Both the position numbers and the translations under genes were made by a program. A stretch of DNA of 63,539 nucleotides, counting the filler, from Octopus bimaculoides (lineage: Eukaryota): NCBI RefSeq assembly GCF_001194135.2. It is 8 parts of 8 records of this genome, joined end to end, with 100 filler letters (N's around TTAATTAATTAA, not from the genome) between each part and the next. Parts side by side here need not be neighbours in the genome. Positions count along the whole stretch, not along the records: positions 51,311 to 56,807 come from NC_068987.1; positions 56,908 to 59,962 come from NC_068989.1; positions 60,063 to 61,820 come from NC_068998.1; positions 61,921 to 63,539 come from NW_026349669.1; 4 more parts are not named here. One strand, 5' to 3'. Below the pieces are notes generated by a model. That model worked only from the letters and a program-made list of their open reading frames with translations. It made no database searches and had not been told where the DNA came from. This document shows, piece by piece, positions 54,420-63,539 of this stretch (within the stretch, counting starts at the first letter, position 1; every line of letters begins with the position of its first letter).

Positions 54420-54600
54420 AAAAAACAAAAGGCGAAGACGGGTGAGTAAACAACAAACAGATGTATTAGTTTAACGCTCGGGAAGTGAGAAAGTCTTTTA
54501 AGTTTGGAGTCTACGCTCTTCGACAGAAAGGAACACAAAAATAAACAGGGAGAGAAAATAAAAAAAGTTTAGTGGCTAGCGATCTATCATGGCGAATGCC
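54420..54600 (-). mobile_element. Third copy of the HHR-C repeat (motif at 54495-54530, decayed)
   Basis: Minus strand CTTT-CTGTCGA-A-GAGC-GTAG-ACTC-CAAA-CTT-A-AAAG, plus shared flanks (AAACTAATACATCTGTTTGTTGTT). Confidence 0.55.
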
Positions 54601-55232
54601 AGACAGAGGGATCACACAGGAGAGCATATATATATTTGACGGGCGACTTTGAATGTCCGTCTTCTAAATCCACTCATAAGTCTTTGAAAGGAAAACATTT
54701 GTGCAAGTTTCCACGCGGTGGGACCGAACCCAGAACCATGTGGATGGGAAGCAAGCTTCTAGCCACACCGCAATGCTTGAGCCTTATACCTTGAAGTATA
54801 ATATTTGATACGATTCCTAGATTTTGTTTATTGGGCTAAGTCTTATCGTCATTATGTTTGCTTATTGTTTACATTGCGTGATATTTTGGATTTGTCTGTA
54901 TATATTTTGATGATTTTATTTTGTGGTGTTTATAATTGTGACTGTGGTGTTGTGGAAGTCTGTAAGCGTTGAGTCTGTTTGTGCTACTGATGTGGTTCCT
55001 ATTACGACCAGCATCCCGTGACGCAGTTTATTCAGAGAGAGACTCTCTCTAACAAAACAGAGGACAAACTATTGAAATATACATCCGGTTCGGGAAAGTC
55101 AAGTGAATTCAGTTAATTTATGAGATTCGAGGAAATAGATATATGAATACTGATATTGAAATACGTGGACATAAAATGAGAGAGAGAGAAAGAGAGGGAG
55201 AGAGAGCAAGAGAGAGATAGAGAGAGAGAGAG

Positions 55233-55269
<37 letters not shown>

Positions 55270-55539
55270 NNNNNNNNNNNNNNNNNNNNNNNNNNNNNNN
55301 NNNNNNNNNNNNNNNNNNNNNNNNNNNNNNNNNNNNNNNNNNNNNNNNNNNNNNNNNNNNNNNNNNNNNNNNNNNNNNNNNNCAAAAGAGAGAGAGAGAG
55401 CAAAAGAGAGAGAGAGAGCAAAAGAGAGAGAGAGAGCAAAAGAGAGAGAGAGAGCAAAAGAGAGAGAGAGAGCGAGGGATAGACAAAAAGAGTTATCTAT
55501 CTATCTATTTATCTATCTATCTGTTTATCTATCTATCTA

Positions 55540-55985
55540 TAGGATACGATGGGTAAATTGTCGCCATTTTAGATCTTTAATTTCGCGCATTGCTTGCGCA
55601 TTGTTTGTTTTTGATTTTGTCGACTATACAATATAGTAGGCTCAGTTGGGACCCTTCGTGACAAAAGCAGCACCATGATGCAATTCACTCTATCAGAAAT
55701 TTGGAAAACGACATACTGTACTGCCTGGCATTCGCGCCCGAAGCTCCAATACGAACAGAGAGAACAACCGTTGGCTTGCTGTGAACACAGAGAACAACCG
55801 TTGGCTTCCTGTGTCCCCAAAACATGTACCGAGAGAGAGAATAATCAAACATCGAGTCAACATCACGGTGTTTGGAGTGATCACTAGTGATAACGATGTT
55901 ATGCCTCCGTTCATCTTCCCACACGGTACACAGGTTCGAAATTTCCCCAAGATACCTGATGAATGCTGGAGGGTATATTAGCCGA
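55540..55985 (+). mobile_element. Tc1/mariner-superfamily transposase remnant (maT/DD37D-like), internally deleted
   Basis: KHRVNITVFGVITSDNDVMPPFIFPHG resembles the H-P-x-x-x-MV-x-G..PP-x-F segment of mariner-like DDD transposases. A 30-bp internal tandem duplication lies at 55753-55812. Confidence 0.65.
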
Positions 55986-56235
55986 ATCATTGTGTTAACA
56001 ACAAACAAGATGGGGACAAATATCCGTCAAATGTAAATGATGTAAATAATGTAGAAAAACTATTAGGTTTAAATTTCTGAGCGAGAAATATGCAGCAAAA
56101 GTACTCTAGAGTAAAGTTTATTTGCCAACGTAAAATGGCAGTTCTGATTAAGAGGAATGTTACTGCTATTTAGCCCCAGGAAAGCATCGTCTTAATATTT
56201 TCGAACAAGGAAGGTAGTGTCCTCACTCAGCTCAA

Positions 56236-56479
56236 AGCAATATCTATGTACCAATGATTTTTGGGTTATTTCCCTTCACCAGCACAGAATAATCACTTGG
56301 CATATTTCTCGTTCACAGATTTAGAACAAATAGTTTTCTGTTTAGGAAATCAGTGACTGTGTTTCATTTTGAAAAGTATATACTTCGAATAAGAACTAGT
56401 GTCACCATCTCTAGCCAAGCGATTATTCTGTGCTGATGAAGAGAAATAACCCAGAAATCATTGGTACACAGATATTGCT
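56236..56479. repeat. Inverted repeat, 65-bp arms (56236-56300 / 56415-56479), 114-bp spacer
   Basis: The arms differ at about 5 positions, all transitions. Each arm contains the HHR-B motif. Confidence 0.9.
56427..56472 (+). ncRNA. Type I hammerhead motif (HHR-B), right arm of an inverted repeat
   Basis: TCTGTG-CTGATGA-AGAGAAATAACCCA-GAAA-TCATTGGT-A-CACAGA. Stem I is 6 perfect bp, the core is canonical, the triplet is GUA, and stem II is weak. A decayed inverted copy lies at 56243-56288 (-). Confidence 0.6.
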
Positions 56480-56519
56480 CGACTATGATATTGCTTGACT
56501 ATGAGATGTTAATGACTGA

Positions 56520-56807
56520 GAGGAACAGTTATTTTCGTTGATTAATCATCATTCCTTCTTTATCCCACTTCGGAGCAAGGCTATGAAAGAAGACAGTGGC
56601 TTGTGATTATTTGGGCAGACATATTACAGAATTCTCTCGTCCCTTTAGTTGGTTTAAAGAGTCAACACCAAGGATTATCTGAGTATTGTGATTACTCGTG
56701 TCTGTCCTATGGTACAAATATTATTCTCTTATAGTAGCGCAATCTTCCAGGAGGATAATGCGCCGATTCACACAGCTAAATTCATTCAAAACTGGTACGA
56801 AGAGCAC
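56520..56807 (+). mobile_element. Tc1-like DDE transposase remnant
   Basis: Degenerate VIFVD*SSF (first catalytic D), then IIWA, then IFQEDNAPIHTAKFIQNWYEEH (56742-56807, second D). Truncated by an assembly gap. Confidence 0.75.
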
Positions 56808-57590
56808 NNNNNNNNNNNNNNNNNNNNNNNNNNNNNNNNNNNNNNNNNNNNTTAATTAATTAANNNNNNNNNNNNNNNNNNNNNNNNNNNNNNNNNNNNN
56901 NNNNNNNATGTTTTTGCAGAATATTGGAAATGAATGACACTGCTTATATGACAATGACACATTTTACACCATCACATGATGTTAAGGCAAGGAGACACAA
57001 ACACACACATGATGGGCTTTCTTTCAGTAACAGAGGTAAAATGTAGATGTGTGTGGGGAGTTTATTTATACAGGAGAACTGATTTAAGAATACTTGTTGC
57101 AGTGAGTTTTTTTTTGTTTTTTAGATATACGTTTTTTATTTATGTAGTGTCTGACTGTGTGGTTGAGAAGTTTGCTTTCCAACCACATGGCTTCAGGTTC
57201 AATCCCACTGCAGGGCACCTTGGGCGACAAGTGCCTTGTATTATAGCCCCAGGCTGACCAAAGCCTTGCTGAGTGGATTTGGTAGACAGAAACTGAAAGA
57301 AACTCATTGTGTGTGTTTGTGTCCCTTTGTCTTAATGTCATGTGATGTGTAAAATGTGTGTCACTGTCATTCATTTCCAATATTCTGCAAAAACATACCT
57401 GGCCATGTGGAAATATTACCTTGATTGGAAACAGGTGAGGGTTGGCAACGAGATCATACAGCTGTAGAAAAATCTACCTCAATGAACTCCATGTGACCCA
57501 TGGAAAATGGGATGTTAAAAAGAACGATTATGATTATATACCATATTCAGTGGTATAAAAGACACACAGACATATTTGACACACCCAAAG

Positions 57591-57957
57591 TTATCATTAA
57601 GCTAGTGTTAGGAACATAAATTATGACTATGGTTTGGTGGAGGATTTTAATTCAAAACTTATGAAAACAAGACTTTTGTACTACAGAGCCAGAGCTGGTT
57701 TCAGCCAAGTTGGTAATGAAAGGGTTAAGAATTGTTTCTCTATATGTTTTGACCCTTTCATTACGATATTTCTTTCAATTAATTTTAAATATAACAAAGA
57801 ATTTAGTAAAATAACTTAGTTATCATTAAGCTGGTGTTAGGAACATAAATTGTGACTAAGGTTTGGTGGAAGATTTTAATTCAAAACTTATGAAAACAAG
57901 ACATTTGTACTACAGAGCCAGAAGTGGTTTCAACCAGGTTGGTATCGAAAGGGTTAA
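57591..57957. mobile_element. Two tandem piggyBac-like (TTAA) MITE copies: 57591-57728 (partial) and 57749-57957
   Basis: A near-identical ~135-bp body is repeated and both copies end in GAAAGGG-TTAA. The second starts TTGA-CCCTTTC, giving CCCTTTC/GAAAGGG terminal inverted repeats. Confidence 0.6.
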
Positions 57958-58199
57958 AATGTAAGTGGAGAAAACATGCTAAGTCCTTCGTTCTGCAGTG
58001 GACTGAACACAAACAATCCAATCCAAAATGTAAGAGAGGCCTAATTTTGCATATAGGACCAAGGGAGGGTGACTTTTTTGTTGTTGTTGTTGTTTTTTGT
58101 GGCGGGGGAGTAAATATGTGTCATATATGCCAACAAATATAGTATATTTTTAATTTGGTATGCAACAGCTAATGAAGCATTTCTTTCTATTTTTCATAG

Positions 58200-58438
58200 T
58201 TCTGGGACTTACGCATCTCCTGCTAAAGGCAAGACGCCAAAAGCACCTACTACAAAAGATGTAAAGCCACCAGACCTCTGGATCCATCATGATCAAATGG
58301 AAATGAAGAACTTGGATAAGTCAGAAAACAGAGAATCATCCGCACCTACTCCAGCTCCCTCCCAGAGATGTGGGGAGAGCTCCAAATGTGAAGATTCATC
58401 CCTGATGGATATGGAGAAACGCAGAAATTCATTAGTGG
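58200..58438 (+). CDS. NEO1/DCC: Internal coding exon of a DCC/neogenin/frazzled (UNC-40) netrin receptor; cytoplasmic P1 motif
   Basis: Acceptor ttttcatAG|T (phase 2) and donor G|GTAAGT (phase 1). Open frame from 58201: SGTYASPAKGKTPKAPTTKDVKPPDLWIHHDQMEMKNLDKSENRESSAPTPAPSQRCGESSKCEDSSLMDMEKRRNSLV. KPPDLWIHH-x-x-M-E-x-K is the P1 motif of the DCC/neogenin/Frazzled family. Confidence 0.93.
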
Positions 58439-58607
58439 GTAAGTTACCAAATACGTGTTTGCCAATGTGATGTGGTGGCAAATATGCTAGGCTGCTTATA
58501 AGACACATTGGTTGTTCCACATTATTCTGTAAGGAGCCAGGGCCGGTTTCCTGGTTTCCCTGCCATATATATTCCTCCCTGGATGGGGTGCCAGTCCACT
58601 GCAGCAT

Positions 58608-59190
58608 TACTCATTTTTACTAGCTGAGTGGACTGGAGCAATATGAAATGAAGTGTTTTGCTCAAGAACACAATAGATTGCCCAGTCCAAGGATTGAAAC
58701 CACAATCTTATGGTCATGAATCTAATAACACTCTGACCATTAAGTGATGCATCTCCACTAGTGGTANNNNNNNNNNATGAAGTGTTTTGCTCAAGAACAC
58801 AATAGATTGCCCAGTCCAAGGATTGAAACCACAATCTTATGGTCATGAATCTAATAACACTCTGACCATTAAGTGATGCATCTCCACTAGTGGTACTCAT
58901 TTTTACAGCTGAGTGGACTGGGGCAATATGAAATGATGTGTTTTGCTCAACAACACCATAGATTGCCCAGTCCAAGGATTGAAACCACAATCTTATGGTC
59001 ATGAATCTAACACCCTAACCACTAAGTGATGCATCTCCACTAGTGGTATTCATTTCTACAGTCAAGTGGACTGGATTAATGTGAAATGAAGTGTTTTGCT
59101 CAAGAACACAATAGATTGCCCAGTTCAAGGATTGAAACCACAATCTAACTATCACGAGTCTAACACCCTAACCATTAAGCCACATGCCTC
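58608..59190 (-). repeat. Tandem array of ~155-bp SINE C heads (3-4 units; one probably a gap artefact)
   Basis: Units start at TACTCATTTT (58608, 58894) and TATTCATTTC (59048). The reverse complement matches the head of 43572-43710. Confidence 0.75.
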
Positions 59191-59254
59191 CACACAATGA
59201 TATACCCAGGTAGTAAATGGTATTTATTTCTCACCCTTTCTTTCCCCTATGCAG

Positions 59255-59263
59255 TCATGCTAT
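59255..59263 (+). CDS. Candidate 9-nt alternative microexon (TCATGCTAT)
   Basis: Branch-like CTCAC (59230-59234), long pyrimidine tract, tgcAG acceptor, then a perfect GTAAGT donor after 9 nt. Phase 1-1, only 35 nt upstream of the 111-nt exon. Confidence 0.5.
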
Positions 59264-59298
59264 GTAAGTGTTTCATTTAATTTTTGTTCCTTTTGCAG

Positions 59299-59409
59299 GA
59301 GACCCGAGTTATCTATCACCAGCCCCTGATGAAAGGTATCCTCGTAGCATCATCCGTCCAAAACCTATTATGATTTCTGTGGACCCAACACAACCAATGT
59401 CTCGAGATC
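59299..59409 (+). CDS. NEO1/DCC: Next coding exon of the DCC/neogenin/frazzled gene (111 nt, phase 1-1)
   Basis: Acceptor ttccttttgcAG|GA and donor C|GTAAGT. In frame with the previous exon (G+GA=Gly): GDPSYLSPAPDERYPRSIIRPKPIMISVDPTQPMSRD. RPKPIMI resembles the RPK-x-MMP segment between P1 and P2 in DCC/neogenin. Confidence 0.85.
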
Positions 59410-59534
59410 GTAAGTGAAATTTTGCTTTTCCATTCTTAATTGATTTGTAGTATAGAATATTCATCAGAATCAACATTAAATGATACGCAATTATAGATGA
59501 TTCCTAAATATAAAAATCTAGATGACTTATTCAG

Positions 59535-59930
59535 TCGTGTACTGAACTTAGTTGGAACTCCATCGGTTACGACGACGAGGGTTCCAGTTGATCCGATATA
59601 ACGGAACAGCCTGCTTGTGAAATTAACGTGGCTGAGCACTCCACAGACATGTGTACCCTTAATGTAGTTCTCGGGGATATTCAGCGTGACACAGAGTGTG
59701 ACAAGGCTGACCCTTTGAATTACAGGTACAACAGAAACAGGAAGAAAGAGTGAGAGAAAGTTGTGGTGAAAGAGTACAGCAGGGTTCGCCACCATACCCC
59801 TGCTGGAGCCTCGTGGAGCTTTTAGGTGTTTGCGCTCAATAAACACTCACAACGCCCGGTCTGGGAATCGAAACCGCGATCCTACAACCGCAAGTCCGCT
59901 GCCCTAACCACTGGGCCATTGCACCTCCTG
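59535..59930 (-). mobile_element. SINE family C, near full-length
   Basis: Minus strand tRNA-like head GGAGGTGCAATGGCCCAGTGGTTAGGGCAGCGGACTTG..GGTTTCGATTCCCAG. The body CCTTGTCACACTCTGTGTCACGCTGAAT..GAGTGCTCAGCCAC is shared with 43572-43835 (+). A head fragment also lies at ~17490-17640 (-). Confidence 0.75.
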
Positions 59931-60062
59931 TACTGAAGTTTGTATGAGTCCCTCATTTTCAANNNNNNNNNNNNNNNNNNNNNNNNNNNNNNNNNNNNNN
60001 NNNNNNTTAATTAATTAANNNNNNNNNNNNNNNNNNNNNNNNNNNNNNNNNNNNNNNNNNNN

Positions 60063-60105
<43 letters not shown>

Positions 60106-60346
60106 TCACACACACATACACATGCAATCAAAGTGGGTTCTTCATTCCCTAGCTATGCGAAGTTTCCCATTACTTGTGTGCAGTCCCCAAGGCAACTAAC
60201 TTGAGGAATGTAATGGCATTGGTTAACTGAAAGAGCAATGGAATGAAACCTTAGCTCCAAATAAATGAAAACATTTTATGCGATATATTGAATAACATTT
60301 TTCCTCTCATTTCTGCACCTGAATGATCATTAAACTTCCCTCTCCA

Positions 60347-60378
<32 letters not shown>

Positions 60379-61100
60379 CGCATATGCAATAGTTTATATT
60401 CAGGTATACACATTGTAGTATGCTGTTTAAAGCCTGTTCACAATATTTGGTTACCTGATGTCAGCAACGGTATTTTTGTATATATTTATATATATATATA
60501 TCTATCAATTCATCTATCTATCTATCTATCTATCTATACATGTATGTATACATGTATATATATATATATTTATATATGTGAGTAAAAATAAATACAAAAA
60601 AAGGGTTTTGTATGATCGTGTATAGAGGAATATATTATTTAATTTAATTTAAAAGAGTTCCAACTCTCTGTTTTCTATGTTTTATTTATATTCTTGTAAA
60701 ATTAATGTGGGATATAGAATATGGAATATATAATATATAATATAAAAATGGATGGTACAATGAAATGAAGTAGTGAATGTCTTATTGAATATATGGAATA
60801 TGTCCTATTGAATATATGAAATAATGAGTGTTCAATGTAAAGAATTATATTTATATATGCATATATATATGCATACATAAAAATGAGTTTGGAGGGATAT
60901 ATTATCCAGGCAGATCCTGTATTAGCTCTCAGTTAAGTTCCAGTTAACAGCAACCACTTCGATCAGTATTTAACCTCTGTGGCTATAATTTATTGCTAGT
61001 CACTCCATAGATTCTTCTGATGGGTTATTTTGTGTATGCTTCACTGGAGAGTAAATATTGTCTGGAGTAAATATTATTATTAATAATAAAGAGTATAGAA

Positions 61101-61263
61101 ACTTGTACATCCACAAAATTTAATTTATAATCTTATGCAGCATATTATAATGACCTACACATGTTTCCACTGCAGCAACTACTCACTGTTGCAATTGCAG
61201 CCTTGCATTATTGTTGGTGCAGCTTCATCAAGGTTATAAAATAAATTTTGTGGATGAACAAGT
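61101..61263. repeat. Fold-back MITE-like element with ~40-bp imperfect arms
   Basis: ACTTGTACATCCACAAAATT..TTATAATCTT-ATGCAGC versus GCTTCATCAAGGTTATAA..AATTTTGTGGATGAACAAGT (outer 20 bp match 19/20). Confidence 0.75.
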
Positions 61264-61290
61264 CACCATACTCTTTATTATTAATAATAA

Positions 61291-61325
<35 letters not shown>

Positions 61326-62699
61326 ATAAGACGAGAGACCACTAAGTGGATCCCTTGTATACTAAAAATAGACATCAAACCATCCTACCACGAAATATGT
61401 TCTCTAGCCAGTTGATTCACTGCTGAATTTTATTCACTGCAGTTATTTTCTGGCTTAGTGCACAAGTATGAGGGTGGTTGAATCAAAGTTATGATACTAC
61501 CTGACAGTGGAACTCTGTACATGCATATCCTCTCAACTGAAGAAGGGGTATATTCTTTATGTTGCATGTCTCGTTTCTCTGTTTTTTCGTTGTTCGAAAA
61601 AATGTTTGTTTTCTATGTATTTGTTTCTCATTATGTTTAACGTTTTTTTGATGTCCTGTACCCTTATATGGATGTATATATACATATATATGTAGGTATG
61701 TACATATATGTATGTATATATGTGTATGTGTATATATATACACGGCGAGCTGGCAGAAACGTTAGCGCGCCGGAGCAAGTGCTTAGCAGTATTTTGCACA
61801 TTGCTATGTTCTGAGTTCAANNNNNNNNNNNNNNNNNNNNNNNNNNNNNNNNNNNNNNNNNNNNTTAATTAATTAANNNNNNNNNNNNNNNNNNNNNNNN
61901 NNNNNNNNNNNNNNNNNNNNAATACCGCTAAGCATTTTGCCCGGCGTGCTAACGATTCTGCCAGCTCATCGCCTCGTCTTCGCTGCCACATCTCAGCGAC
62001 CTCAATTCTCAGGTCTCCATATCTATCAACCTTTACCTTTTTTTTTCATGATGATATGTTGATCTCATTGTTAAGGTAGTGAGTTGGCCGAATAGTTAGT
62101 ACATCAAACAAAATGCATAGCATCATTTCTTTTGAGTTCAAGTGGTGCCAAGTCAAGCTTGCTTTTCATCTTTTCATACAAGTTTAGCACCAGGGTCAAT
62201 GTGATTCAGTTACTTCCTTTTCTAAATTTGGAAATCCATTATTAAGTGTTTTCAGTTCATAAATCTCTTACATATTCTCTCACTTCTCAAAGTTCATTTT
62301 GATATTTACCAACTTTAGATACTATTCTGGGTTAGTCTTTCATCAGTGTAGGTTGTGGATATTTCTAAATTGTTCTCTTATAAGATTTTGTATTTGGTTT
62401 TTAAGATTCTTCATGTGAAGTCCTTTATTTAAAAGTTATTTTGTTGTATTTTGGGGGTGGTCATTATGCCCAGAATTAACACATGCATTGGTTCTCTTTC
62501 ACTTCTGGCAGAATTGATAGCATTTCTGGCAAAATGCTTACAGGCATTTTGTCCATCATTATGTTCTGAGTTAGAATTCCATCAAGGTTAACTTTCTCTT
62601 TCATCCTTTCGGGGTGGATAAAATAAATACCCAATCAACTTACATCTACCCCTGAAATTTCTAGCCTTGTGCCAAAATTTGGAATCATTATTATTATTA

Positions 62700-63250
62700 T
62701 TGAGTGAGAGAGCAATGCATATCATCAAAGTGACATGGGGGTACAAATATACAAAGCCCAGTATACCCATCATGACTACCCGTCTGATAAGGGTACACAA
62801 GGCACATGCATCACAACCATATGTGCTCAACATAGTGGTCTCATATCAAGATAAATAGCGCATGACCTTGCAAGTGGGGCGCAGTTAGAATTTTCTTCAG
62901 GTCGAGTAGCCCATCCCACTCAAAAGGTCCTTGAACAAAGGTTGTTTGAGGATGTCGAACGAAATACCCAGGTTTCCAAAGGTGAATTATCCAAACCCCA
63001 AAGAATTCCTCTCAACACATGACTATGATGCTCCCCAATTACTTCTGCTTATGATCAGAGATGCACATATCGTCAGCCACTAAGGGACATGCTCAACTGG
63101 TTAAGGTCAAGCAACTGACAAGCAAATCTGTGCTGTTAAGCAGAATATTTGCTGTAGCCCATCTTTTATACCAAGACAAAACAATGTACATGACAACACT
63201 TCCAATCAGTTAAGATAAGAAGCCATGTGAGCCACTGCCTGGTACTGCAT
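62700..63250. mobile_element. ~550-bp dispersed element D, second copy
   Basis: Co-linear with 22040-22575, with (ATT)n on both sides. Confidence 0.75.
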
Positions 63251-63539
63251 CAGGGCTATGATTATTATTATTATTATTTCGACACAGGAAGCTTGGGGGA
63301 GGTGGGGACGAGTCGATTAATCGACATTGACCCCAGTGTTCAACTAGTACTTATTTTATCGAACCCGAAAGGATGAATGGCGAAGTTGACCTCGGCGGAA
63401 TTTGAACTCAGAATGTAGCGACGGGTGAAATACAGCTACGCATTTCGTCCAGCATGCTAACCATTCTGCCAGCTCGCCGCGTTAATGATAATAGTAATAG
63501 TGATACTACTACTACTACTACTGCTGCTGCTGCCGCTGC

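Noticed and set aside
57999-58029. 31-nt candidate exon (ctgcAG|TGGACTG..CAAAAT|GTAAGA)
   Set aside because: The frame compatible with the phase-2 acceptor at 58200 contains TGA, and the open frame (GLNTNNPIQN) ends in phase 0. It is not supportable without RNA data.
58648-58895. Identical 119-bp repeat across a 10-N gap
   Set aside because: Likely an assembly artefact inflating the SINE-head array by one unit.
59850-59930. tRNA-like sequence on the minus strand
   Set aside because: It is the head of a SINE C copy and continues into the SINE body, with no full cloverleaf or terminator.

Overview
AT-rich, microsatellite-laden, gapped animal genomic DNA. The repeat families and general style suggest an octopus/cephalopod draft assembly (inference). 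Almost the whole window looks like intron of a + strand DCC/neogenin/frazzled netrin-receptor gene. Two cytoplasmic-domain exons lie at 58200-58438 (P1 motif KPPDLWIHHDQMEMK) and 59299-59409, with a candidate 9-nt microexon at 59255-59263 between them. The intron contains three tRNA-derived SINE families, decayed CR1-group and R4/Dong LINEs, Tc1/mariner and piggyBac-like relics, hairpin MITEs, and a ~12-13 kb GAAC/GTAC tetranucleotide satellite whose strand flips follow a recurrent GAATTAAC motif. The most unexpected signal is a set of at least five sequence-unrelated minimal type I hammerhead-ribozyme motifs, of the kind associated with Penelope-like elements. They include a fully canonical one on the host sense strand (48380-48454) and a U3-A8 covariant one (10680-10721). 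Nearly all ORFs in the supplied track are microsatellite or N-gap artefacts. All structures were read by eye and none was computed or tested.
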